A stretch of 64,000 nt of DNA from an uncultured Gammaproteobacteria bacterium. GTDB taxonomy: Bacteria; Patescibacteriota; Patescibacteriia; Magasanikbacterales; GWA2-37-8. Location: the NCBI GenBank assembly GCA_964496095.1, contig CAZBWU010000002.1:15595-79594 (forward strand), given 5' to 3'. The notes under the pieces are model-generated. The model ran no database searches and was not told where the DNA came from. It worked only from the letters and a program-made list of their open reading frames with translations. Below, piece after piece: positions 39,236 through 50,537 of the stretch. A program made the position numbers and the translations under genes. Within the stretch, counting starts at the first letter, position 1. Every line of letters starts with the position of its first letter.

Positions 39236-40015
39236 TTAATCCCCATCATGTCCGTCTCCTTTTTCCAGACGAGAATCGTTTCGCAAACCAGATCTATCCC
39301 CTCTTTTTTCAATCTTTTTATCTTCTAACTCTTGCAATTTTTCAGCTCTATTTTTTATAATCTCAGAGGCTTTATCTAATCTTTCTCTTCTTTTTTCTAA
39401 TCTTTGTTCGATTTTAGCCTTAACTTCTTCTTGAAATTTATTATCTTTTATTTCCACTTGATCTAGATTTTCCTTAAATTTTTCTAATCTATCTTCGGCT
39501 TCTTGGATTGATTTGTCTATGTTTTCTATTCTGGCATCAATTTTTCTATCCTTTTTAATAAACGCTTTTTTGGATTCTAAATTTGTTGCTTCTGTCGAGG
39601 TGGCGTCCTCTTGTTCTGACTCAACGCTTTGATCTTCAACTTCATTTTTCTTTATAATTGCCCTTTCAGCTTCTCGACGCTCAATTTTCTTTAGGAGAAA
39701 CTTTGCTTTCGCTTCAGGAGTTATCTTGGTAATTTCTTCTACATTCTCTATCACTTTTTTTACTGGATATAGGATATTACCTTCGGTTACATCTGGACTG
39801 TTGTAGGCATAGGCACCGCCACTTCCTACCAGAACTAGAACTACTACTGCCATCGCTCCGGCTCTGTACATAATACTAGAATGAATCCAGCTTACTTTTC
39901 CATATTTTGCATCCCAAGCTTTATTCAAATCTTTTTGTAAGCTAGCTTTAAAAACAGTACTTGGAGATAAACTTCTTTTTATTTTAAATAAATTGTACCT
40001 TGTTTTTAATGACAT
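39236..40015 (-). CDS. DUF5667 membrane protein, putative anti-sigma factor
   Basis: TM then GNILYPVKKVIE; directly after the ECF sigma factor. Confidence 0.75.
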   Translation of the reverse strand: MSLKTRYNLFKIKRSLSPSTVFKASLQKDLNKAWDAKYGKVSWIHSSIMYRAGAMAVVVLVLVGSGGAYAYNSPDVTEGNILYPVKKVIENVEEITKITPEAKAKFLLKKIERREAERAIIKKNEVEDQSVESEQEDATSTEATNLESKKAFIKKDRKIDARIENIDKSIQEAEDRLEKFKENLDQVEIKDNKFQEEVKAKIEQRLEKRRERLDKASEIIKNRAEKLQELEDKKIEKRGDRSGLRNDSRLEKGDGHDGD

Positions 40016-40019
40016 ATGA

Positions 40020-40526
40020 TTATGATTTGGTAGATAGCTTCTTAATAGCTCTGTGAGCTGCGACCTTAACGGCCGTCTCTGTCGTTTGCTTCATCTCTGC
40101 TATCTCTGCATAACTATACCCGAGCAGGTAGTGAAAGGTTACAATTTCCCGATCATCATCGGCTAAACCGGCCAACAAATCCTCTAATTCTCGCTTTTTT
40201 TCTTCATTTTTAAACGATTTAATGGCTGATTTTAGCCAAAAACTATCATCAGACTCTTCCTCGTCCTCAGGCAAATGGTTGGTCGGCTTTTGATCCCGCC
40301 AATGGTTAGCTAGGTGATTTTTGGTAATAGTCATTATCCAGGCAGATTTGCTTAATTCTTCGTTATAACTGCCAAAATGCTCCAGGGCTTTCATAAATAC
40401 CTCTGAAACTAGGTCCTGAGCCAGGTCTTTATTTGCACCAACACGAAAAAAGACAAAGCGATACACTTTGTCTATGTGAGTATTATAAAACTTCTCAAAT
40501 TCTTTTTTTGTATTCTGGCTTTTCAT
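40020..40526 (-). CDS. ECF RNA polymerase sigma factor
   Basis: AQDLVSEVFMKA (region 2), GYSYAEIAE...VKVAAHRA (region 4). Confidence 0.93.
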   Translation of the reverse strand: MKSQNTKKEFEKFYNTHIDKVYRFVFFRVGANKDLAQDLVSEVFMKALEHFGSYNEELSKSAWIMTITKNHLANHWRDQKPTNHLPEDEEESDDSFWLKSAIKSFKNEEKKRELEDLLAGLADDDREIVTFHYLLGYSYAEIAEMKQTTETAVKVAAHRAIKKLSTKS

Positions 40527-40574
40527 GGTAAAAGTATACACCAATAATAAGCCTTAAGGGAAGTCTGGCGGTCT

Positions 40575-40750
40575 TGTCATTCTGAATCCCCTCAAGGGGA
40601 TAAACCCCATAAAGAATCCCTGTCTAAACAATGTCATTCCCGCAAAAAGCGGGAATCCAGACAATTCAATTGAACGCTGGATCCCCGATCAAGTCGGGGA
40701 TGACAACGAACAAACCGGACAGAGATCCTTCGCTGTCACTCAGGATGACA
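40575..40750. repeat. Nested TGTCA...TGACA elements, copy 7 (outer 40575-40750, inner 40632-40704)
   Basis: Inner tgtcattcccgcaaaaagcgggaatccag...ctggatccccgatcaagtcggggatgaca lies inside the outer arms. Confidence 0.9.
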
Positions 40751-40772
40751 GTTGCGCAACAATTAAAACAAA

Positions 40773-41873
40773 TTAAAGCTCGCTCTTCAAATCTTCTAAC
40801 TTCTTTCGGACATCTCTGCTAATTTTTTTCGGCACTTTGATTTTTATCTTTACATAATGATCACCACGAACATTTCTATCCAAGTGCTGAATACCTTTAC
40901 CTCTCAGTCTAATCAATTGGCCTGACTCCACCCCTTCCGGTACCAATAATTTTTCTACACCATCCAAAGTTTCAACCTCAACTTTATCTCCCAAAACTGC
41001 CTGAGGAAAACTAACTTCTTTTTCAGTATAAACGTCATAACCCTCACGACCAAAATCTTTGTATGATTTTACGCGCACGCGCACATAGAGACTACCATTA
41101 CCACCACCGTGCGGAGCGGCTTCACCATGACCATCAAGTCGGATAGATTGGCCATTATCAATTCCAGCTGGAATTTTGACTTTAATGGTTGAATTGCTTT
41201 GCACCACGCCTGAGCCACCACAATGTTTACATTTCTTAGAAGGTTTTTTGCCCGTGCCATGACAATCACTACAAACAACCGCAGTTTGCATATTACCCAA
41301 GAAAGTTCGTTGCATCTGTGTCACCTGGCCTTGGCCATGACAAGTACCGCAAGTTTCCATTTTACTGTCCGGTTCTCCCCCACTACCTTTACAAATATCA
41401 CATTTATTTTGCTTGCGTAAAGAAATTTCTTTTTCCACACCAAAAGCAGCTTCCTTAAAATCTATCTCCACATCTACCTGAATATCTTGGCCTCTAGCCT
41501 GGCCTCGGCCACGACTGCGTCCTCCGCCAAAAAAGTCTCCAAAAATATCTCCGAGGTCGCCAAAATCACCGCCAGAAAAACCGCCCTGAGTGCCACCTTG
41601 CCCTCGGAAAGAATTCATCACATCTTCCCAGTTCATACCACCGCTAAATCCACCTTGTTGCTCAAAATCAGAACCAAACTGATCATAGCGTTGGCGCTTT
41701 TCTTTATCACTCAACACTTGATAAGCTTCGTTTATCTCTTTGAACTTTGCTTCATTGCCACCCGGTCTATCGGGATGGTGTTGCATGGCAGCTTTTTTAA
41801 AAGCCTTTTTTATATCGTCAGTGGAAGCGTTTTTTTCCACGCCAAGAATTTTGTAATAATCTTTTTGGGACAT
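40773..41873 (-). CDS. dnaJ: Chaperone DnaJ
   Basis: J domain with HPD, G/F region, four CxxCxGxG motifs. Confidence 0.98.
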   Translation of the reverse strand: MSQKDYYKILGVEKNASTDDIKKAFKKAAMQHHPDRPGGNEAKFKEINEAYQVLSDKEKRQRYDQFGSDFEQQGGFSGGMNWEDVMNSFRGQGGTQGGFSGGDFGDLGDIFGDFFGGGRSRGRGQARGQDIQVDVEIDFKEAAFGVEKEISLRKQNKCDICKGSGGEPDSKMETCGTCHGQGQVTQMQRTFLGNMQTAVVCSDCHGTGKKPSKKCKHCGGSGVVQSNSTIKVKIPAGIDNGQSIRLDGHGEAAPHGGGNGSLYVRVRVKSYKDFGREGYDVYTEKEVSFPQAVLGDKVEVETLDGVEKLLVPEGVESGQLIRLRGKGIQHLDRNVRGDHYVKIKIKVPKKISRDVRKKLEDLKSEL

Positions 41874-41880
41874 AAATTAA

Positions 41881-42360
41881 TTAAACAAAAAGTACTTTTT
41901 TTGCTCGTATTATAAATTCTTTAATTGATCTTAAGTCATCTTCACTGGGGCCATCGTCACCAGAACCTTCATGGGCGTCTTCATCAAGAAAAAGAAAGGA
42001 TAAATTACTTGATAAAACAAGACGATTTTTCAGCCAAGCTAAAAATTCTTTCCTATTTCCATTATCCAACACATCCTTTTTTAAAAGATTTGACTCAATT
42101 TCTTTTTTTAGTAATGATAATTGCTTTAAGTTATCTTTTAAAGATTCTGAGACTTGAACATCCTTAACCGTTTTTAGGTCTTTTAACACCGAATCTACTT
42201 TTATAAATATTTGTTTAAAAACAACCCAAACTACCATCTCGCCTACTCTTAGATCTTCTACATTTTGTACGCCAAGCCTAAGCGACTCATTTATTTCTGC
42301 CAATTTTTTTATTTCATCTCGAAAAGCCTCTAGCTCTCCTGGTTCTTCTACGTCTAACAT
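41881..42360 (-). CDS. Hypothetical protein
   Basis: Co-oriented ORF filling the dnaK-dnaJ gap. Confidence 0.65.
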   Translation of the reverse strand: MLDVEEPGELEAFRDEIKKLAEINESLRLGVQNVEDLRVGEMVVWVVFKQIFIKVDSVLKDLKTVKDVQVSESLKDNLKQLSLLKKEIESNLLKKDVLDNGNRKEFLAWLKNRLVLSSNLSFLFLDEDAHEGSGDDGPSEDDLRSIKEFIIRAKKVLFV

Positions 42361-42398
42361 AAATAATTATTGATATTTTTGTATACTAATCTAGAAAT

Positions 42399-43127
42399 TT
42401 ATATTTTGTCACGATTATCAACAACAAGAAAATCACTAAATTTATTAAATCTATTACCTTGATTTCGATTGACGTCAAAATTATAAATTGCATTAACCCC
42501 AGATTCTAATAACTTCTCTGAAGACAGCATGGATAAATCAACTTCTTCAGCTGCACCTAAATGCACTTGGATATCACTCAAACGTGCCATAGATTTAATT
42601 AAATTAATTGAGTACATTGGGTCACGAACAACCTTTGACTGCCAATCAGGCCCACCTAGGAATTGGGAACTGACTACTACGTCAAATTTCTTAGATGGAG
42701 TGGGAATTGCTTGTATTTCAGAAGGTAAAATATCCATATTATCAAACTCTTCATAGTTTGTTGACAAAGCAATAGGGTCGACTAAAACAACCTTTTCAGC
42801 TCCTAGCCCAGCGATAATTCTAGATTGTGTAGCTGTAAAAGTTCTATACCTATCAGGTGTAATGTCCCCATCTGCAACAACTATAATCCGCTTACCTTTA
42901 AAACCTTCTACGCCACCAAACATCTCTACTAGATAACCTAAAGTAAAGGCTTCGTTGCCAACAAGCCAATTATTTCTCTGTTGATCAGAAAAATTTTTCT
43001 TAATATACCTGGCGATTCTCAAACCTTTATAAGACAAATCTTTCAAATCGCTTTCGGTTAGTATGTTTGGGAAATGAAAATCAGGCAAATTTTCAACATC
43101 TGGCCGTGGAGTATGCACCTCACGCAT
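42399..43127 (-). CDS. Hypothetical protein, possibly a degenerate Rossmann/MTase fold
   Basis: FKGKRIIVVADG and KFDVVVSSQFLG resemble class I MTase motifs. Confidence 0.55.
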   Translation of the reverse strand: MREVHTPRPDVENLPDFHFPNILTESDLKDLSYKGLRIARYIKKNFSDQQRNNWLVGNEAFTLGYLVEMFGGVEGFKGKRIIVVADGDITPDRYRTFTATQSRIIAGLGAEKVVLVDPIALSTNYEEFDNMDILPSEIQAIPTPSKKFDVVVSSQFLGGPDWQSKVVRDPMYSINLIKSMARLSDIQVHLGAAEEVDLSMLSSEKLLESGVNAIYNFDVNRNQGNRFNKFSDFLVVDNRDKI

Positions 43128-43187
43128 AAGATTAACTAAATAAATTTATTCCAAAATTTGGAACTAATTTCTTATTATTAGAAAAGT

Positions 43188-45137
<1,950 letters not shown>

Positions 45138-45177
45138 TTATTAATTATTAAATTTTAACAAAGTTAATAGATATTTA

Positions 45178-46047
45178 TTATTCCGGTTTAAATAAATATT
45201 CACTAATTAGCTTATCATAATTATTCGGATCAGGACGCCATCCTTTATAATACTCAACGTGCAATGGATAGAGGAGCGATTCTTTAATAAAATTTCCTCT
45301 AACTAAATCTTCTAAAAATTTACCCTGAGAAAGAAATTCTTCTATTGTTTTAAATTCTTGATCCTGCCCTTTCTTTAGCTCGTCATACACACGCTTATGC
45401 TCTTGCCTAAATTGCCACGCACTATCAATAGCAGAGATAATATCTTTTTCTTGATCTGGTCCTAGGTCTATCACAGGATCCTTCATCTCATCTTCAATCT
45501 CAATATAATCGCCAAACTCTGGGTCATTCTTAATATAAGGCCTTCCAGAAACAGTTCCCATTATTTTACAATTATCTGATAAATCAAAGCTATACCCGAA
45601 TATAGGCAGAATTTGCTTATCTCTATCAGGTGCATCATTTTTAACCGATAAAGTACAAAATCCGCCAGAACACTGAACATCGATAGTTGGATATTTAGCT
45701 TTAATCAAATCGGCTATACGACCAGCGCTTTCGTAGGCTTCAAAAGGATCTATTTCATCTTCCATGCCAACTTCTATATCATCATGTTCTATAACATCCC
45801 TTTGGGGCGGCATACTGTCAGTTATAAACCTATCTTTGGCAGTCTTAATTTTTTCTGCCGAAACTGACGTTGGTTCTGCTGGTCCTTTTTTTAATTCATA
45901 CATAATTGCCCCGCCTTCCCCCAACACCCCCGCAATTCCGGCTGCTAATAACCATTTTTTAAATCTTTGTGATCTGCCTAAACTGAGCTTTTGCATTGCT
46001 CCGTTTTCGGCTCCTTTCAAGGATTGACTATAAACAGGTTCACGCAT
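45178..46047 (-). CDS. Hypothetical single-TM protein
   Basis: Start placed at MREPVY; WLLAAGIAGVLG segment. Confidence 0.7.
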   Translation of the reverse strand: MREPVYSQSLKGAENGAMQKLSLGRSQRFKKWLLAAGIAGVLGEGGAIMYELKKGPAEPTSVSAEKIKTAKDRFITDSMPPQRDVIEHDDIEVGMEDEIDPFEAYESAGRIADLIKAKYPTIDVQCSGGFCTLSVKNDAPDRDKQILPIFGYSFDLSDNCKIMGTVSGRPYIKNDPEFGDYIEIEDEMKDPVIDLGPDQEKDIISAIDSAWQFRQEHKRVYDELKKGQDQEFKTIEEFLSQGKFLEDLVRGNFIKESLLYPLHVEYYKGWRPDPNNYDKLISEYLFKPE

Positions 46048-46051
46048 ATAT

Positions 46052-46609
46052 TTAAAAAGTCTTAGCATGCTTTTTACTATAAAGATAAGAATAAATCTTT
46101 TCTTGATTATTATGCGGATCATCTAATATGCCGCTTTTATATAATTCTCTTAAGGAATCTAGGGCAACATCATCAGCTATTTCTTCATTTACTACATCTG
46201 CAAGATTTTCATGTTTTTCTAAGCATCTCTCAATCTTAATAATCTGTTCTAAAACACTAACGATCGTTTTATAATTATCTTCTGCAGATTGCAAATTACT
46301 TTTACATATACCTAATTTATTAATCAGCTCTTGGTCTTCAGCAGACATGCTTCCTTTAAAAAAAGGCCCTTCATTGTTATCTAAAAATTCATAGATCCTT
46401 CTTGATAAGAATCTCAAAATATTTCTAACCTTACTAACCTTGTCACTAAAATTAGCATCCTTTTCTAAATCATTAAATGATTTCACTCCATTTTCACCAA
46501 CTTGACCCAACTGATCTGCAACTGCTAATTTAAAATCTATAATTTCAAAACTAATAGGTTTATGATTAACTTTTATTTCTGGGAAAATACCACCTTCTTC
46601 TCTTCTCAT
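46052..46609 (-). CDS. Hypothetical protein, paralog of the neighbour's C-terminus
   Basis: LDSLRELYKSGILDDPHNNQEKIYSYL. Confidence 0.7.
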   Translation of the reverse strand: MRREEGGIFPEIKVNHKPISFEIIDFKLAVADQLGQVGENGVKSFNDLEKDANFSDKVSKVRNILRFLSRRIYEFLDNNEGPFFKGSMSAEDQELINKLGICKSNLQSAEDNYKTIVSVLEQIIKIERCLEKHENLADVVNEEIADDVALDSLRELYKSGILDDPHNNQEKIYSYLYSKKHAKTF

Positions 46610-46652
46610 AAAATTTATTTACAAATAATAACTCGCGCTGGTTTAATAATTT

Positions 46653-47645
46653 TCAAGCAAAATTCAAAGCACTTTGAATTTTTTCTTTACAGCCATAAGG
46701 GTCTTTTCTTCCTTCATTATATAAATTAAGTAGCGAATGAAGAGTGTCCTTATCTAACGAAAGGTCCTTAGTCACAACACTCCAATCACTATCTCTTCCT
46801 AGACTAATCAACTTATCTTCTAGTTCAAAAAGTGGCTCAAAAAAGTCCGCTTCAAATGATGCCTTTTCTAGCTTAACTACAAAATCCCTTTCTACATCGA
46901 CATCTTTACACATTTCAATTATCTTATTTATCGTCTTTTTTATCTTGTCAAACCTGATTTCTCCTTTCTTTACCAGATCGGTCACTTGCTGAATGCTAAC
47001 ATCTTGAAAAATAAATCTGATTTTTTCTATAATATAATGAAATAAAGGAGAGTCCTGATTTGCTGGCAAATCGATATATAAAGAAAACTCAGATTTTCGA
47101 AGTTGATTTAACTCAATCAAAGCATCAGCAACTTTAATAAATACCACGTCATTAAACTTTCTGTCTCTAACATATCCCTCAAATAACCTTAGAAGGTTAT
47201 TTGGATGAATCTTTGGATCACCCTGAACTATGGTGCAGGCACCCACTAAATCATCTACAGTTATTCTACTGTTGCGTGCATATTCATCTATCATATGCAT
47301 CACCCTTTGGTAATCAGGATGATTGGTATTAAAACTCCATATTGGTTTTCGAATGTTAAATTCTTGTTCTACAACTGCTTCTCCTTTACTACTTTCTATC
47401 CCTGCGGTATCATCCGAAATATTCAAGCCTTCATCTTCATCAGTCGATCTTCTACTACTATAATCTCCTTCTATAACTAATTCTTCTGCGCCTGCATCTT
47501 TTCCACCACTATTACCTAACCATTCGTCTTCCTTAGGTGTTTCCTTTCTTGGAGGGGTGTTATGCAAAACAACCACATCATCATCTGCGTCAATAACTTC
47601 TGTATTAAAAACTTCAGTTCCTGTTGTTACCCTTTCTGTAATCAT
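46653..47645 (-). CDS. Hypothetical protein with an acidic, probably disordered N-terminus
   Basis: C-terminus LHSLLNLYNEGRKDPYGCKEKIQSAL. Confidence 0.7.
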   Translation of the reverse strand: MITERVTTGTEVFNTEVIDADDDVVVLHNTPPRKETPKEDEWLGNSGGKDAGAEELVIEGDYSSRRSTDEDEGLNISDDTAGIESSKGEAVVEQEFNIRKPIWSFNTNHPDYQRVMHMIDEYARNSRITVDDLVGACTIVQGDPKIHPNNLLRLFEGYVRDRKFNDVVFIKVADALIELNQLRKSEFSLYIDLPANQDSPLFHYIIEKIRFIFQDVSIQQVTDLVKKGEIRFDKIKKTINKIIEMCKDVDVERDFVVKLEKASFEADFFEPLFELEDKLISLGRDSDWSVVTKDLSLDKDTLHSLLNLYNEGRKDPYGCKEKIQSALNFA

Positions 47646-47720
47646 AGATAAATTACTTACTTATAATAAGAAAAGCTTGAAATTTTGTCGGGCTTCCAAA
47701 TAAGAAAAATATTTTCTTAT

Positions 47721-48248
47721 TTACTCACCCCTAGAAATTATAACCCGTGCTGGTCTAATAACCTTGTCTCCACGTTTATACCCACCTTCTATTTCTTTCA
47801 AAATCAATCCTGACTCTCCTTCGGCGGATTCTTCCTCGCCTACCGCTTCATGCCAGCGTGGATCAAACTTTTCTCCGACTGTTTTTATTTCTTCTACTTG
47901 ATAGGTTTTTAAAATATCGCCAAATTGTTTTTTGATATGGCCGATACCTTCGGCCCATTGTTTCCAACCATTTTCTTCATTTAGATTTTCTCTGTGACTA
48001 AAGGCTTTTTTGAAATTCTCATAGACTGGCACAAATTCTTCCAAAATATATTGCTCGCTGGCTTTGGCCCACACACTACGCATATCAGCTGATTCTTTTT
48101 GCAAATTTTTATAATCAGCCAAAGCTCTCTGCCAACCCGATTTATATTCTTCGGCTTCAGCTTTGCACTTATCACAATTCTCACAAGTTTGCGTTTTTGC
48201 AACTTCTTGCTCTTGAACTTCGTCTTGTATGTTTTGTTCGTCTAACAT
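47721..48248 (-). CDS. grpE: Nucleotide exchange factor GrpE
   Basis: QRALADYKN, FDPRWHEAV, GYKRGDKVIRPARV. Confidence 0.96.
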   Translation of the reverse strand: MLDEQNIQDEVQEQEVAKTQTCENCDKCKAEAEEYKSGWQRALADYKNLQKESADMRSVWAKASEQYILEEFVPVYENFKKAFSHRENLNEENGWKQWAEGIGHIKKQFGDILKTYQVEEIKTVGEKFDPRWHEAVGEEESAEGESGLILKEIEGGYKRGDKVIRPARVIISRGE

Positions 48249-48257
48249 AATAATATC

Positions 48258-48938
48258 TTAAATAATTTCAAGTAACTTTTTAATCAAACCAAAATTATAT
48301 TTATAATCCATTCTCTTTGGACCCAAAAGAGTAATCATGCCTTCTTTGCCAAACCGAGCCGAGACCACACTTAGCATCTCATCAAACGGATTTTCGCTAC
48401 CGATAAAATATCTTGGCGAATCTTCTACTTTATCAAAAAAATCTTCCAGATAATCCTCGCAATGGTCAAACATTTGCGAAATAGCAGAGACTGTTTTTAA
48501 ATTTTCAAACTCTGTTTTATTAAATAAATTGGATAAGCCAGTATAATAAACTCTCTCCGGAGAAAAAGCAATAATTACAGTTTCGTTAGAAAGTTCGGTA
48601 GCGGCCTTGGCAATATTCTTGCGTGAAAGTTCGTAATCCTGGTCTTCCTCAAAAGAATCGAGCAAAATCTTAGAATCATTTTTTGAAATATGACTTTTTT
48701 CCAAATTAATACGGCTCACGTAATGACGATAACCTTGCTCAGTTGGAATTCTACCAGCGGAAGTGTGGGGATGAGTGAGATACCCACCTTCTTCTAGAGC
48801 ACGCAACTCATTGCGTACTGTAGCCTCACTAAAATCTAAATCACCAAAAGAAACCAAAAATTTTGAACCGATTGGTTCGGCATTTTTGATATAACTTTCA
48901 ATGACTAAGGTTAGTAATTCTTCTTGGCGAGGATCCAT
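48258..48938 (-). CDS. hrcA: Heat-inducible repressor HrcA, short form
   Basis: EPIGSK, SEATVRNELRALE, HPHTSAGRIPTEQGYR, LLGPKRMDY; true start MDPRQ. Confidence 0.93.
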   Translation of the reverse strand: MDPRQEELLTLVIESYIKNAEPIGSKFLVSFGDLDFSEATVRNELRALEEGGYLTHPHTSAGRIPTEQGYRHYVSRINLEKSHISKNDSKILLDSFEEDQDYELSRKNIAKAATELSNETVIIAFSPERVYYTGLSNLFNKTEFENLKTVSAISQMFDHCEDYLEDFFDKVEDSPRYFIGSENPFDEMLSVVSARFGKEGMITLLGPKRMDYKYNFGLIKKLLEII

Positions 48939-48941
48939 ATT

Positions 48942-49031
48942 CGAAATGAGTGAAAAAATATTGAGCTTGCTCAAATATTTTTGAACGAATGAGAATATAT
49001 GGGCTTTAGCCCATATAACGAAATGGGGTGA
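48942..49031 (-). promoter_or_regulatory. Two-hairpin leader element, copy B
   Basis: Ends TCACTCATTTCG-aat-ATG of hrcA. Confidence 0.8.
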
Positions 49032-49042
49032 ATAATAACAAA

Positions 49043-49069
49043 TTATCACTCAACGCTTGTGAGTGATAA
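49043..49069. promoter_or_regulatory. CIRCE operator (variant)
   Basis: TTATCACTC-N9-GAGTGATAA versus canonical TTAGCACTC-N9-GAGTGCTAA, upstream of hrcA. Confidence 0.9.
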
Positions 49070-49096
49070 TATAACACCGGTTTAAAGAAGTGTCAA
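49068..49096 (-). promoter_or_regulatory. Sigma70 promoter of the hrcA operon
   Basis: TTGACA-17nt-TATATT with an extended TG. Confidence 0.75.
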
Positions 49097-49112
49097 GAGC
49101 TATTTTTAGCTA

Positions 49113-49700
49113 TTAAATCTTAGCTATTTCACTCAGGAGTACGTTTTCTACATAGATACCTCGAGCGTAGAAAATTCGTTCTAATTCATTTTTTAATTCC
49201 ATCTCAACCGCATCTCTTTTCATACCCACCGCTTCCGCATAATCAAACTTACTAAAAACCATACGCATACGACTGCGGATAGTCGGTCGCACAATCTTTG
49301 CCACAAAATCTTCACCGATTGTTTGCCAAATAGATGGTACTTGATGCACATCGAGACGCAACAAAATAGTACCCTCTACACCCACACGCTGACCGTCTTT
49401 GGTACCAGCAGCCACCGGAATATCGCCAAGAGCTTTTTCGTGTTCAGGGTTGAACTGTCTGGAAATACTATATTCAAGAGTTTGAGTATTAAATAATTTG
49501 GCTTTCTGCCAAAAAGGAATTTTGAGATGCAAACCCGGAGTCAAAACTTTCTTGAGCACACCACGGCCTAAATCATAGACACAAGCCACATAGCCCGGTG
49601 GAACGCTAATAAAAAGTCCTTTGAGGACATCGTCCATGACAAACGAATACATTAATTTATCCATTGAATCTCCGGACATATTTAAATATTTAGATGCCAT
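49113..49700 (-). CDS. SPFH/band 7 domain protein
   Basis: VPPGYVACV, PGLHLKIPFWQ, TKDGQRV, IVRPTIRS. Confidence 0.88.
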   Translation of the reverse strand: MASKYLNMSGDSMDKLMYSFVMDDVLKGLFISVPPGYVACVYDLGRGVLKKVLTPGLHLKIPFWQKAKLFNTQTLEYSISRQFNPEHEKALGDIPVAAGTKDGQRVGVEGTILLRLDVHQVPSIWQTIGEDFVAKIVRPTIRSRMRMVFSKFDYAEAVGMKRDAVEMELKNELERIFYARGIYVENVLLSEIAKI

Positions 49701-49740
49701 CCTAAATTTGTTTTAGAATGACGATAGTTTTGTTATTAAA

Positions 49741-50460
49741 TTAGTGATGCGAAGCGACTTTTGCGTCTGCTTTTTTCGCAGGAAAAATAACTTTTCTGAT
49801 AACATTAATTGTATCAGAAAATACCATGGTTGTCAAAATAAAAAGTGATTTTACCATTGGTAAATACCAGAGAATAATGAAAGTAAATAGGGGGAAAAAA
49901 ACTAAATAGGTTAATTTTGACGAGTCTCTTTTCTTTTCAGATCCTTCACCTAAATAAATGGAGACAAACAAATAAATCGCAACTATTCCTGCCCAAAAAA
50001 TATCATGACTCAAACCAATATTAAATCCATAAAAATCTGTATTTATCTTGCCTGGGAAATCTATAAAATAATAAAGAGTCTTAATAATTTTATCACCGCT
50101 AATACCATGGATAAAAACCTGATATAAAAGCAAGAAAACCAAGACCTGAAATCCTAACAAGAACACCTTTGCCCAAGGAGACACATGGTTTTTTTTCATT
50201 ACCCTGCGAATTGCCTCCTTTTGAGCCACCTGATCATTTTTGAAGGCCTTGGCAGCCAAAATAGCCTGGGCTTCAACCTCCTGCTCTTTGGCGCTATTTC
50301 TTTGAGAGATAATGGTAAGTGGTAAAAGTAAAATGCGTAAAAAAACAGTGAGCCAAATCACAGCCCAACCCATATTTTTTTCAGCGATATTTACATATAT
50401 CCAAAGAAGAGCGTTGAATAACGGTTGATATAAATATACTGTCCAAATCGTACTAAACAT
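49741..50460 (-). CDS. yidC: YidC/Oxa1 membrane insertase, short form
   Basis: YQPLFNAL, GWAVIWLTVFLRILLLPL. Confidence 0.85.
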   Translation of the reverse strand: MFSTIWTVYLYQPLFNALLWIYVNIAEKNMGWAVIWLTVFLRILLLPLTIISQRNSAKEQEVEAQAILAAKAFKNDQVAQKEAIRRVMKKNHVSPWAKVFLLGFQVLVFLLLYQVFIHGISGDKIIKTLYYFIDFPGKINTDFYGFNIGLSHDIFWAGIVAIYLFVSIYLGEGSEKKRDSSKLTYLVFFPLFTFIILWYLPMVKSLFILTTMVFSDTINVIRKVIFPAKKADAKVASHH

Positions 50461-50537
50461 ATATAGTAGATATTACCACAAAAACAAACTCAAAACAATA
50501 ATTATTTGGTACTTAGAATTTGGCGCCAAGAATTTAT

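Noticed and set aside
40631-40822. Short ORFs built from repeats (also 646-840, 2348-2701, 58324-58653)
   Set aside because: These are translations of the palindromic elements or antisense to real genes.
48939-49049. 37-aa N-terminal extension of HrcA
   Set aside because: It translates the leader element and starts inside CIRCE; HrcA homology begins at MDPRQ.
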